The notes: generated by a model from the sequence alone, not told the origin. DNA of 64,000 nt from Candidatus Woesearchaeota archaeon (GCA_003599055.1 QZIM01000002.1:70097-134096), one strand, 5' to 3'; shown: positions 43,598 through 52,884, counted from the stretch's first letter. Made by a program: numbers and translations.

Positions 43598-45735
43598 TTG
43601 CGTATCACCGGCCAGATGAGTGCGGGGTTGCTTTCCACGTAAAGCTGCGGCACTTTGAGCTGTTCTAAATCTTCAATGACGCGTTCTTTTTCTTCTACTT
43701 TGTCAATTGCGATGGTGAATTGCCGAAACTCTATTCCCTGTGCGCCGTGGAGTGATTCTGGGCTGAACGTGTATTCATACGTGGTTGTCCCGTAGGGGAA
43801 GGGTGTTGATTCGTTAAAGACGAGCGGTTCTTCGGGAACCTTGAAGCATTTTTCCTTGCTGCTGACCAGTTTTTTGACGGTAAAGCAGCGCTCGTCAGGG
43901 GGGATGGTGATGTCGTCGCGAAGGAGGCTCGTGATTTGGACTTCGTATCTGCCGGGAACGAGCTTGATTTCTGCGGGCTTTCCGCCCAGGATTTCTGCGA
44001 CGGCGACAAAGGGTTCTGCGCCGGGCTCTTCCTTGCGCTTGAGGAGGATGACGGTTTGTTGTTTGCTGTGAGGTCTTGAAAGGCCTGCGGCAGCTTCGTA
44101 TTTCCACGGGCTGCGCTTGTCGATTTTGGTTATTTGGTAGTTGCGGACGCTGACGTTGACCCATCGTTCGGGTTCCAGAAGTGCCTGCAGGCGCAGCGGC
44201 TCTTCACGGTGGGTGTCAAGCGCGCGGGTGGTGCTGCTGAAGTCTTTTCTTGAAAGGAGCAGTGTTCCGCCAACGCAGCGCGGGAATCGGGAGAGGAACG
44301 TGCCGTCGCGTGTTTTTCCGAGGTTGCAGACTTGGTCGCCGCAAAGGTAGGTGACGGATACGTCATCAAGCGGCCGGCGGTTTTCGCCGTTAAGGACGGT
44401 TAGCGTGATTTCGCCGGAGGTTCGTTGGTCGATGTTGCAGAAGATGCTCGGAGGGGTGTTTGCGGGTGGGGGCAGGGTGATGTTGGTGTCTGATGCGAAT
44501 CGTTTTGAGCTGCGCATATTGTGCTCGAGCATAATGTTAAAGGTGTACCCTTCGCCGCCAAGGGCGTCGGGGTCGCGGATTTCAAAGAGGACAGGGTAGC
44601 TCAAGTCGTATGCGAACTCGTAGCGGTTGAGCGTCATGGGGAGCATCGTGAAGCTCGTTGCGCTGTCTGCCGTGCACAGTTGTCCTTTGCAGTTGAGGTC
44701 AAAGTAGGGTTCCCACCAGTCAAGGTAGGCAAAGCGTGCTTCAAGGAATCTGCGGCTGTTGTTTGTCGGTATCAAAAATTGCCGGTTATACACGAGTTCG
44801 TACAGTTCAGGGTCGCGAACGTCGGGTGATTCGATGTATTCGTAATTTTTGGTGCCGAACACCTGGATGAGGGGAATATACGATGTGAGCAGTCCTTTTA
44901 ATTGTTGGAGGACTTCGTATTCGACCCAGAACACGCCTGCGTCGGGTCCGCCGAATTTGAGCCCGCGTGAGGGCGGCAAGAGGTCTTCTTCGATGCCGCT
45001 GAACGTTCCGATGACGGTGTTGGTTGCCTGTTCGAGAATTCCTGTTTGGCTTTGGTGCGTGGTGATTTCGCTTGCGAGCTCGTACATTTCGCGAAGCGGT
45101 ACAATGGTTTCGATGGCATAATCGTTCACGGAGAAGGTTTGGTCTTCGCACTGGAGTTGTAATGGGTAATTGGCGGTGGTGATGACGCTGATGTCGGCAA
45201 CACTGACGCTTGCCTCCGGCTCGTCGATTGCGCGAAGCGTGCATCCTTGGATTTCTGATGTTCCGATGAGGCATTCGCTGAGTTGTTCTTGGACGTATCG
45301 TTCGAGTTGTTCTTCAATGCTGTTTCTGCCGTCTGCTTTGCGAAGCGGGGGGCGTTTGCTTGCAAATTCACAGTCCGCAGTGCACGCATTTGGCGATTTC
45401 ATATGCCACCAGTAGGCCACGTTCGGTCCTGCGTCGGGTGCCAGTTGGACCGCGTCGCCTTCTGTTGTATAGAACGGATTGGCGCTGAGCTGGTTTTGGT
45501 CAATATAGCCGCCGGATGCGCCGAGTCTGCGAAGCCCGTCTTCTGTCGCATCAAGAAGGCAGCTGTGGATGAGGTCGCGAACGGGCTGTGCGCGCTCGGG
45601 AACTTCTGAGAGTGAGATTTGGGCAAGCTCAAGCGCCTGTTCTTGTGTCCTGCCGGTGAGGTAGAGTGCTGCGCCGATAATGAAGAGAAGACTGATTCCT
45701 ATTATTATGAAGACGGTTATCTGCCCCTTTTTCAT
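43594..45735 (-). CDS. large type-IV-pilin-like protein (class III signal peptide), 713 aa
   Basis: MKKGQITVFIIIGISLLFIIGAALYLTGRT with the conserved DLIHSCLLDATEDGLRRLGASGGY block. Paralog of the 694- and 301-aa proteins and first gene of a three-gene minus-strand operon. Confidence 0.7.
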   Translation of the reverse strand: MKKGQITVFIIIGISLLFIIGAALYLTGRTQEQALELAQISLSEVPERAQPVRDLIHSCLLDATEDGLRRLGASGGYIDQNQLSANPFYTTEGDAVQLAPDAGPNVAYWWHMKSPNACTADCEFASKRPPLRKADGRNSIEEQLERYVQEQLSECLIGTSEIQGCTLRAIDEPEASVSVADISVITTANYPLQLQCEDQTFSVNDYAIETIVPLREMYELASEITTHQSQTGILEQATNTVIGTFSGIEEDLLPPSRGLKFGGPDAGVFWVEYEVLQQLKGLLTSYIPLIQVFGTKNYEYIESPDVRDPELYELVYNRQFLIPTNNSRRFLEARFAYLDWWEPYFDLNCKGQLCTADSATSFTMLPMTLNRYEFAYDLSYPVLFEIRDPDALGGEGYTFNIMLEHNMRSSKRFASDTNITLPPPANTPPSIFCNIDQRTSGEITLTVLNGENRRPLDDVSVTYLCGDQVCNLGKTRDGTFLSRFPRCVGGTLLLSRKDFSSTTRALDTHREEPLRLQALLEPERWVNVSVRNYQITKIDKRSPWKYEAAAGLSRPHSKQQTVILLKRKEEPGAEPFVAVAEILGGKPAEIKLVPGRYEVQITSLLRDDITIPPDERCFTVKKLVSSKEKCFKVPEEPLVFNESTPFPYGTTTYEYTFSPESLHGAQGIEFRQFTIAIDKVEEKERVIEDLEQLKVPQLYVESNPALIWPVIRK

Positions 45736-45785
45736 GGATGAACCCTTTTTGAGGAATGCTGATTCGATGATTTATAAATATTGTG

Positions 45786-46679
45786 CTATGCGACATCGAC
45801 GCTTACGGAGACGCGTGTGACGTCTTCAAGGTCGCTTGCAACAAAGACGATGCTTTTGGTTCCTGCGGTCTTGCCGGTGAGCGTTACAACGGAATTGCGC
45901 ACATCAACGTCAAGGCCTTCGGCGGCTGAGCTCGCAAAAGTAAGTGCGTCATTTTCCGCGTCGGTGAAATAGTCCGAGAGGTCGATGGTGAGCGGTTTTC
46001 CGAGCGGTGCCTTGAATGTTCTGCTGCTGCCTTTCCACGCAGGGGCAGTATTTGGTTTTCGTTCTGTTTTGTACGTGAGGGCGTCAAGGGTGAGGCTGCT
46101 GTTTGGCGCAATGTCAATGAACAGCTCAATACTGTTTGATTCTGCGATGATGCTGCACGTTTCCTGGCAAAAGTCAGTGAACGTGCCGCCTGTTGCGTTG
46201 TCTGAACTCATAATGAGGCGGAGCTGGTTTCCCTGTTTGAGGAAAATTTTTGCCCTGCCCTCGTATGTTCCGCTTGCGGCAAGGGAGAGGGGCCTGTCTG
46301 CGAGGGTGAACGTGCGAAGGCCGCTTTCGGTGAAGGTCTGGTTGATGGGAAGGACAAGCGTGTTTTCAAGGCTTGCAAGGCCGACAATGCTTGGGTTAAA
46401 GACGACAAGGATGCTGAATGCGATGATGAGGACTGCTGCTGCGATGAGGTTGTACGGCACGTTGAGGCGTTCTTTGGCGGAATTGAGGTCTTTGAAGAGC
46501 GATGTGACGTGGTCGTGGGCGATTTGCTTGTGGAGGGGGTCAAGGTTGCCGTGCTCAATAGATTGGTATGCGGACAGGACGTCAAGGTATTTTTTCTTCG
46601 CATCGCTGATTTGTTCTGACGCAATGAGCGCTCTTGTTTGGTCGTGCAATTCAACGAAGCGTTTAATCAGGTCATCCAT
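45786..46679 (-). CDS. bitopic membrane protein with cytoplasmic coiled coil and extracellular beta domain
   Basis: N-terminal helical region, one TM helix (LIAAAVLIIAFSILVVF), and a C-terminal T/S-rich beta domain. Confidence 0.5.
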   Translation of the reverse strand: MDDLIKRFVELHDQTRALIASEQISDAKKKYLDVLSAYQSIEHGNLDPLHKQIAHDHVTSLFKDLNSAKERLNVPYNLIAAAVLIIAFSILVVFNPSIVGLASLENTLVLPINQTFTESGLRTFTLADRPLSLAASGTYEGRAKIFLKQGNQLRLIMSSDNATGGTFTDFCQETCSIIAESNSIELFIDIAPNSSLTLDALTYKTERKPNTAPAWKGSSRTFKAPLGKPLTIDLSDYFTDAENDALTFASSAAEGLDVDVRNSVVTLTGKTAGTKSIVFVASDLEDVTRVSVSVDVA

Positions 46680-46765
46680 CTTTTTTCAGGGTTTCTCTTC
46701 GGGGAATTTATATATAATGGTTTCTGCCGAAGGCTTTTTAAAGGGATTCATTACTTTTCAATGGT

Positions 46766-47221
46766 ATGGGTGAAGAATCAGGGCTGCATAATCTGGTGGA
46801 GTCCCTTGCAGGTCTTGTGATGAAATATGGCGAGCGGACCGGCGGGGAGAATGAAACGGGAAGTGAGAACGGGATATCACGGTCCCGGTCCTGGGAGTCG
46901 TATGTTCTTGAGTGCGAGGGATTTGTTCTTTCCTATACTGAGCGAAAGCGCAGCGGGATGAAGGCGGATGAGCTTAAGTTGTATCGTGTGGTGCGGCGGG
47001 AATTGGATTGTGTGCGTGACGAGTCGCAGGTTATTGCTCTTTTTGAAACCGCGGAGGGCAATTGGTATCCGAATCCTGATATTCAGGAAGACTCGCTCTC
47101 ATCGTTTGGGCGCGTGAAATTCGGAACGTCGCCGCAGTGGACGATTGGGGAAGAGGACAATCCTGCAATTCTTGCGCAAGCGCACGGCGAGCTGCAAAAG
47201 AAGTACGGCCCGTTGCAGTGA
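46766..47221 (+). CDS. hypothetical protein
   Basis: Clean ORF with acceptable codon usage and no motif. Confidence 0.4.
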   Translation: MGEESGLHNLVESLAGLVMKYGERTGGENETGSENGISRSRSWESYVLECEGFVLSYTERKRSGMKADELKLYRVVRRELDCVRDESQVIALFETAEGNWYPNPDIQEDSLSSFGRVKFGTSPQWTIGEEDNPAILAQAHGELQKKYGPLQ

Positions 47222-47251
47222 CTTTTTATACTGAATGAGAAAAGATGGATT

Positions 47252-48397
47252 ATGAAACTCCGCCAAATTCCCGATGATTTCATTGTTGAGGAGGTTCCGG
47301 ATAAGGAGTGGAAGCCGGAAGGAAAATTTGCCGTCTATAAGGTGGCAAAGGTGGGGCTCACGACGTTTGCTGCGGAAAAGATTCTGGCAAGGAATTTAGG
47401 CGTTAAGTTTAACAAAATCGGGTTTGCCGGGCTCAAGGACGCGCACGCAAGAACAGTGCAATACTTCTCGGCGGAGACAGGCGAGCCGCAAAAGGGCGTC
47501 TTTCGGGAAAAGAACGTCACTTCAGAGCTCGTCGGATTCGCGGATGAGCAAATTCGGACCGGTGACCTTGTCGGAAACAAGTTCATTATTACGGTGCGGG
47601 AGCTTGAAAAAGAGCAAATTGAGACGGCAAAGAGGAATGTTGAGTCGGTGAATCAGGGCATCCCGAATTATTTTGACAGCCAGCGTTTCGGAAGCCTGAA
47701 AGGAACAACGGGGTTTATTGCAAAGGATGTCTTGCGGGGTGATGTTGAGTCTGCGCTCAAAAAAGTGCTGACGGCAACGACCAAGCATCAAAAGGGGGTT
47801 GTGCGCAAGGCGCGAAAGATGATTGCGCGGGAGTGGGGCAGGTGGGCTGAATTGCTTGTTGAAGTGGAGAAAATGGGGCTTGAGCGTGCATCAGAAGCGG
47901 CAATGCTTCGTCATTTGGTGCAAAACCCTATCGACTTTAAGGGTGCATTTCAAAAAACGTTTGCGGGTGTGCGCCAGTTGTTCTTCTCGGCGTACCAGTC
48001 GTATATTTGGAATGAATGCGTGAAGCGTCTTGTCAGGAAGACAAGTAAAGAGGTCTTCTCAGTTCCGTATGAGGCGGGAAAACTGGTGTTTCCAAGAGGG
48101 TGGAGCTTGGCGGACCGAACGTTTCCGCTGGTTGCGGGAGATATGAATGTTCAGGGAGATGATAGGGCAATCGTGCAGGAGGTTTTAAAGCAGGAAGGGA
48201 TGCAGCTGATTGACTTTTTCAGCGATGCGCATATGTTTATTGCGCGCGAGCGGCACGTGAAGCTGTATCCGTCAGGACTTGCGCTTGAGGATGCGGATGA
48301 TGAGCGCTGTCCCGGGAAAAAGAAGCTGACGCTGACATTTGCGCTTCCGAAAGGAAGCTATGCGACGATTGTGACAAAGGCGCTCTTTGAGCAATAG
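47252..48397 (+). CDS. truD: tRNA pseudouridine(13) synthase TruD
   Basis: Catalytic motif FAGLKDAHARTVQY (GxKD with the catalytic Asp), a second conserved NYFDSQRFG block, and a length of about 380 aa typical of archaeal TruD. Confidence 0.8.
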   Translation: MKLRQIPDDFIVEEVPDKEWKPEGKFAVYKVAKVGLTTFAAEKILARNLGVKFNKIGFAGLKDAHARTVQYFSAETGEPQKGVFREKNVTSELVGFADEQIRTGDLVGNKFIITVRELEKEQIETAKRNVESVNQGIPNYFDSQRFGSLKGTTGFIAKDVLRGDVESALKKVLTATTKHQKGVVRKARKMIAREWGRWAELLVEVEKMGLERASEAAMLRHLVQNPIDFKGAFQKTFAGVRQLFFSAYQSYIWNECVKRLVRKTSKEVFSVPYEAGKLVFPRGWSLADRTFPLVAGDMNVQGDDRAIVQEVLKQEGMQLIDFFSDAHMFIARERHVKLYPSGLALEDADDERCPGKKKLTLTFALPKGSYATIVTKALFEQ

Positions 48398-48427
48398 GTT
48401 TTTAAGTGCCCGTACAAGCCTGAATGT

Positions 48428-48820
48428 ATGCGCGCGCGTCGTTCCCGGTATGCCTATTGGTGGCAGTATGCGGTAGTAATCATATTGGCGTTCTTGTGGA
48501 TGTACGCGCACGACCGCGCATTTGATGCAGTCTCATTCGCTGCGGGAGTTTTCTCGTTGTGCGGAATCGTCATTTTGGAAGTGCTTATTCGAAGAAATGC
48601 AGTGGTGCTCGTAAAAGGCGGGCTTGATATTCATATCGTTCCCGCAAAATTCATCCCGTTTGGCGAAATTCGTGCAGTGCACGTGCACCAGCGCGGGCTT
48701 GCAAAATGGCTTCGCTTTGGAAGTCTTGAGGTTGTGACAGGGAACGGTGCGCTTTTCTTTCCCTTTGTGCACGAGCCTGCCTCGTTTGCCAAAGAGGTCC
48801 GAAAGTATGTTCGTGCGTGA
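48428..48820 (+). CDS. membrane-anchored bacterial-PH-like (DUF304/YdbS-type) domain protein
   Basis: Two N-terminal TM helices followed by about 70 aa with the bPH_2 pattern (VVLVKGGLDIHIV...FGEIRAVHV...GSLEVVTG). Confidence 0.5.
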   Translation: MRARRSRYAYWWQYAVVIILAFLWMYAHDRAFDAVSFAAGVFSLCGIVILEVLIRRNAVVLVKGGLDIHIVPAKFIPFGEIRAVHVHQRGLAKWLRFGSLEVVTGNGALFFPFVHEPASFAKEVRKYVRA

Positions 48821-49109
48821 AAAGTTCGGCCCAAAGGCGCACGTTTTTGTGTGCGTAAATGTGCGTGATGACCGAACGCGCAGCTGTTGCCTGCGTGTTG
48901 GCGGCGAAGAAGTCGCATCTGCGCTCAAGGAGTGGGTTATTGCTGAGAATTTGCGGGATAAGGTTTGGGTTTCCCGGTCAAAATGTCTTGGGTTTTGTAA
49001 TTCTGTCGGTGCAACAGTGGTCGTGTACCCGCAGCAAAAGTGGTTTTTGCAGGTGACGCGGGAAAGCGTGCCTGTGCTAAAAGAGCAGATAGTTGCGCTG
49101 ATTCGGTAG
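48807..49109 (+). CDS. thioredoxin-like [2Fe-2S] ferredoxin family protein
   Basis: HVFVCVNVRDDRTRSCC...KCLGFCN Cys spacing on a thioredoxin-like fold. Start placed at the internal ATG (MFVREKF). Confidence 0.45.
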   Translation: MFVREKFGPKAHVFVCVNVRDDRTRSCCLRVGGEEVASALKEWVIAENLRDKVWVSRSKCLGFCNSVGATVVVYPQQKWFLQVTRESVPVLKEQIVALIR

Positions 49110-49284
49110 GTTTTTATTAGGGTTGAACAAGGGAGGAAGGAATGCATCATCGGGGAAAAAAGCAGGTGTTGGTTGTTGCGGGGGTTCCGGTGCACGTTGT
49201 GGGTTCTGATGAGGCGGTATCTGCGGCACTTCTTGAGAAGTTGGTGCGTGAAACAAAGCGCAAACTGCAGTCCTATAAGGCGGG

Positions 49285-50229
49285 TTAGCCAAACAAGCTA
49301 AGGCGGATTCCAAGATAAGCAACGTAGAGCGAAATGAGTCCTATGCTTGCGGTTTTTGACAGCGTTTTTTGGTATTTGCAGAGAAGAAGAACTGTGAGGG
49401 TGATAACGGTCAGTGCGGGCAGGTCGTAAATGAGCAGGTTGCGCGGGACGGAAAATCCTGCAATCGCAGTGCCAAGACCGAGTGCGAGGAGAAGGTCGCA
49501 AAGGTTGCTTCCGATAAGGTTGGAGAGGGATAAGTCGTGCTGTCTTTTGCGCAGGGCGACAAGGGATACGGCAACTTCCGGAAGGCCTGTTCCAAGGCCG
49601 ACAACAAAGATGCCGACGAATGTTTGGGTGACGCCCCAGGCAGCAGCAAGCATAATGCCGTTTTGTACAACAAGTTCAGAGGTGAATCCGATGAGCATAA
49701 GGCCGCCGATGAGGTTCACGAGGTCTTTTCCGAGGTGTAACTGGGGTTTGCGTCCGGTGAACTTTTCGTGCAGGTTTTCTTCCCTGCTGAGTTGGGCAAG
49801 GTAGAGCGTGTAGAGGATGATGAGAGTGTATCCTTCAAATACGGTGAGCCGTCCGTCAAAGAACATAACGGCGAGCACAAGAAGTGCCCCGATGAGCGTG
49901 ACTGCTTCCCGCGCAAAATTTTTGCGCTTGAGCTGAAGGGTTCCGAAAAGCCCGACGAGTCCAAGGAGGATGGTGAAGAGGTTTGCGGCAGAGCCGATGA
50001 CGTTTCCGACAACGATGCCGCTCGTTTCAAGTCCTGCTGCGCGGTCAATTCCTCCTGTGACGGCAAGGGCGATTTCCGGAATTGATGTTCCGATGCTGAG
50101 AATGGTAAGGCCGATGAATGTTTGGCTGATGCGAAAGTGTGCGGCAATGTTTTTTGCGCCGCGAATGCCCAAGTCTGCTCCGAGCCAAAGGCCGACCAAT
50201 CCGAACAGGAGGAAAAACAGTTCTTTCAT
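49285..50229 (-). CDS. Na+/Ca2+ exchanger (CaCA family, YrbG-like)
   Basis: Two internal alpha-repeats (GNVIGSAANLF and GIFVVGLGTGLPE) in a membrane protein of about 10 TM helices. Confidence 0.8.
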   Translation of the reverse strand: MKELFFLLFGLVGLWLGADLGIRGAKNIAAHFRISQTFIGLTILSIGTSIPEIALAVTGGIDRAAGLETSGIVVGNVIGSAANLFTILLGLVGLFGTLQLKRKNFAREAVTLIGALLVLAVMFFDGRLTVFEGYTLIILYTLYLAQLSREENLHEKFTGRKPQLHLGKDLVNLIGGLMLIGFTSELVVQNGIMLAAAWGVTQTFVGIFVVGLGTGLPEVAVSLVALRKRQHDLSLSNLIGSNLCDLLLALGLGTAIAGFSVPRNLLIYDLPALTVITLTVLLLCKYQKTLSKTASIGLISLYVAYLGIRLSLFG

Positions 50230-50296
50230 TCTGCCTCTTTTTGTTTGGGAAATGCAACAATCTTTATAAAGGGTTGTTTTAGAAAGAAGGTATCCC

Positions 50297-50367
50297 GGGG
50301 CTATGATCTAGGGGTATGATGCGAGGTTTGGGACCTCGTCGCCGCGGTTCAATTCCGCGTAGCCCCA
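50297..50367 (+). tRNA. tRNA-Pro (anticodon UGG), no encoded CCA
   Basis: Hand-folded cloverleaf: acceptor GGGGCTA/TAGCCCC, U8, anticodon stem CGAGG/CCTCG, loop TTTGGGA (U33, anticodon TGG, G37), 4-nt variable loop, T-stem CGCGG/CCGCG with loop TTCAATT, discriminator A. The D-stem has one mismatch. Confidence 0.7.
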
Positions 50368-50770
50368 TAGAGTTTCAAACGCGTAGCGTATTTACATTTC
50401 TATACTGGGCGCGGATTGAACTTCCGAAACGAGCGCCAAGCGAAGTGTCGAGAGTTCAATTCCGCGTAGCCCCATAGAGTTGGAAACACGAAGTGTTGTT
50501 ATGTTCTATAGTCAGCAAGGAATTGAACTCCAGACGACGCAGTCGTTTTGAGTTAAATTCCGCGTAGCCCCATAGAGTTGGTAGCGCGAAGCGCAATTGT
50601 GTTGATAGCATAGCAAGGAATTGAACTCCGGCCGTGAAACGGATTGAGTTCAATTCCGCGTAGCCCCATAAAACTGCTTCTGCGAAGAATAGTGTTCGAG
50701 TTGTTTGTCACGCGTAATTGAACTTCGCCAAGCCCGAAGGGTTGGAGTGAGTTCATCTTCGAAGTCGAAG
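50347..50770 (+). repeat. tandem array of tRNA-Pro 3'-end copies (28 nt) within about 100-bp hairpin-containing units
   Basis: GTTCAATTCCGCGTAGCCCCATAGAGTT occurs at 50347, 50454, 50552 and 50648. The intervening about 75-nt segments are themselves homologous (gcgaag...atag...ggaattgaactcc-[small hairpin]-gagttcaattcc), forming 12-bp inverted repeats. A degenerate fifth unit lies near 50690-50770. Confidence 0.7.
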
Positions 50771-50851
50771 ACGAGAAGAACTCGGCAGCGCGCCTGTTAT
50801 TCTGTTTTTGCGCGGTGCCGTGTATTCCGGTAGCAATATAACTTGCCTGTT

Positions 50852-51271
50852 TCAAAACGGCCGTGCAGTCCGTCCCGTTGGCGTGGGGTCAACAAATGAG
50901 GAGCGGGGGAGCCTGCGGGTGACTGGGCGTTGTGAATTTCGTATCGCGCCCAAGTATTCATCGTACACTTTTTTGACGCTTGGGTCTTCAAGAAGGGCTG
51001 AAAGTGCATCGAGCTCTTCAGTGTATCCTCCTTTGTGTGCGTGGTTCAGCGCGGAACTGAGCGGCCAGTTGCTGGTGCTTTCTGCTTGTGATTGGAGGAA
51101 GAATATCAGTTGGGAGAGGTATGCGTGCCCGTTTTGGGCGCTTCCGATTGCTGCGCGGTAGTGCTTTGCGGCAATGTCTTGTTCGTGGTTTGCGTGTGCG
51201 CGGACTGCTTCAGTGAGGCTCATTTTGAATGTGTGGCGGCGATACGTTCCGCTGTCAGTGGTATAGGTCAT
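50852..51271 (-). CDS. hypothetical helical protein
   Basis: ORF of 139 aa with no motif. It lies immediately downstream of the tRNA-associated repeat array. Confidence 0.35.
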   Translation of the reverse strand: MTYTTDSGTYRRHTFKMSLTEAVRAHANHEQDIAAKHYRAAIGSAQNGHAYLSQLIFFLQSQAESTSNWPLSSALNHAHKGGYTEELDALSALLEDPSVKKVYDEYLGAIRNSQRPVTRRLPRSSFVDPTPTGRTARPF

Positions 51272-51341
51272 ATGCTTCGCTCGCGGGCGGTCCTATAAAA
51301 GAATTTCTATAATTTATAAGTTTCCATTTATAAATGGCTGC

Positions 51342-52094
51342 TCAGATGCCGTGTATGCTGCGGGCGAGTGCGTGCGCGCCTGCAATGATTCGGGGTCCCG
51401 GGCGGTTAAGGAGGGTATCGTCAAGAACGAAAACCTGTCTGTTCTTGACTGCGCGAAGGTTGCGAAATCCGGTGCGTTCCGTGATTTTTTGAAGGGGAAC
51501 CCGCGTGCCAAATCCGCACCAGCTCACAACAATTGCATCAGGGTCAAATGCGGCAACGTCTTGCGGCGTGACGCGAAAGCTGAGCTGTCCGCTTTTTCCG
51601 ATGCCGGTTGCGCCCGCGATTTCAAGAAGGTCAGGAACCCAATTTCCGCTAACAGTGAGCGGCCATTCTTCAACATACAATTTCTTTTTCGGAAGGTGTT
51701 CAGTCTTTTTGCGCAGGTTGTCCGCATCATCGCAAATCTCTCTGACTAATTCTTCTGCACGGTGTGTTCTCCCAACCGCGTTCCCTGTCTGAAGGATGCT
51801 TTCAAGAATTTCAGGCAGTGACCGGGGGTCTGTATGCAAGACTTCAAGCCCGAGTTCTCGCGCGCGTTCTGCAACGTTCTGCTGGACAATGGTGCTGGTG
51901 AAGACCAAATCCGGTTTTTGTGCAAGTACTCGTGAAAAATCAATGTCCATCCAGCCGCCCATTTTCGGGATGAGTTCTGCAGCCAAAGGATAGTCGCAAT
52001 ATTTCGTGACGCCGACAATTTCGGAGCGCAATCCCAGTGTGAAGAGTATTTCGGTGCAGCTTGGGGCAAGGGAAACAATGCGCATAATGGTCAA
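51342..52094 (-). CDS. BtuF/FecB-like binding protein (Peripla_BP_2 family, cobalamin/siderophore-type)
   Basis: N-terminal RIVSLAPSCTEILFTLGL...VGVTKYCDYP, characteristic of class III substrate-binding proteins. No obvious signal peptide. Confidence 0.6.
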   Translation of the reverse strand: MTIMRIVSLAPSCTEILFTLGLRSEIVGVTKYCDYPLAAELIPKMGGWMDIDFSRVLAQKPDLVFTSTIVQQNVAERARELGLEVLHTDPRSLPEILESILQTGNAVGRTHRAEELVREICDDADNLRKKTEHLPKKKLYVEEWPLTVSGNWVPDLLEIAGATGIGKSGQLSFRVTPQDVAAFDPDAIVVSWCGFGTRVPLQKITERTGFRNLRAVKNRQVFVLDDTLLNRPGPRIIAGAHALARSIHGI

Positions 52095-52136
52095 AAGGGG
52101 GCAAACAATTTAAAGGGTTTTCGTCATAATTCGTGT

Positions 52137-52859
52137 ATGATTGAGCTTGCGCCCGGTGTTTTTGCCTTTGGCCTTTGCACGTATCTTCCTGAGGTGAAAA
52201 CGCTCATCGTGTGCGACTTGCACCTTGGCTTTGAGGAATCGCTTTCAAAAAAAGGCGTTCTTGTCCCACGGTTTCAGTTTCGTGATATTGTTGCGCGGCT
52301 TGAGCTCATTCTCAGCCAAGTTCCGGTAAGGCGTGTGATACTCAACGGCGATGTGAAGCACGAGTTTGGCACGGTGTCGCGGCAGGAATGGCGCGAGGTA
52401 AGGCGGCTTGTGGATTTTTTTGGGAAAAAAGGAATAGGGGTTGTTGCGGTAAAGGGCAATCACGACACTATTTTCGGTCCGCTGGCAAAGGAGCTTGCTA
52501 TTCGCGAAGTTCCTGAATTTCGCCACAAGGATGTCTTGATTGTGCACGGGGATGAGATTCCAACGCGCTTGGCAAAAGTAATCGTTATGGGGCACGAGCA
52601 TCCTGCGGTGGTGATACGGGAGGGTGCAAAGAAGGAAAAGTTCAAGTGTTTTGTGAGGACAAAATTCAGGTCCGCGACGGTCATTGTGCAGCCTGCGTTC
52701 AACCCGTTAACGTACGGGACTGATATTGCGCAGGGTGAGCTCCTGAGCCCGCTTTTGGTGAATCTTCGGAATGCAGATGTGTTTGTGGTCGATGAGGAGT
52801 CCCTAAGGGTGCTTCCGTTTGGGAAATTAAGCTTGCTTGTTGAAGGGGCGGGCAGGTGA
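52137..52859 (+). CDS. calcineurin-like metallophosphoesterase (archaeal SbcD/Mre11-related, TIGR00024-like)
   Basis: Motifs CDLHLG, GDVKHE, GNHD and GHEH in the canonical order, within about 240 aa. Confidence 0.7.
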   Translation: MIELAPGVFAFGLCTYLPEVKTLIVCDLHLGFEESLSKKGVLVPRFQFRDIVARLELILSQVPVRRVILNGDVKHEFGTVSRQEWREVRRLVDFFGKKGIGVVAVKGNHDTIFGPLAKELAIREVPEFRHKDVLIVHGDEIPTRLAKVIVMGHEHPAVVIREGAKKEKFKCFVRTKFRSATVIVQPAFNPLTYGTDIAQGELLSPLLVNLRNADVFVVDEESLRVLPFGKLSLLVEGAGR

Positions 52860-52884
52860 ACGGGTGGTAAGGACGAGCCGGATA

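Noticed and set aside
50380-50690. Additional tRNA genes in each repeat unit
   Set aside because: Each unit has the 3' T-stem strand and acceptor 3' strand but lacks the complementary 5' T-stem strand (CGCGG) and a matching 5' acceptor strand. No cloverleaf can be drawn on either strand.
50347-50770. Possible CRISPR array (28-nt direct repeats at about 100-bp periodicity)
   Set aside because: The 'spacers' are homologous to one another and contain their own inverted repeats. The repeat is the 3' end of the adjacent tRNA-Pro. No leader or cas genes are present. It is treated as a tRNA-derived tandem repeat instead.
50230-51340. Integrase, transposase or other mobile-element gene next to the tRNA repeat array
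   Set aside because: None of the neighbouring ORFs (Na+/Ca2+ exchanger, 139-aa hypothetical, BtuF-like) shows recombinase motifs, so the mobile-element interpretation of the array remains indirect.
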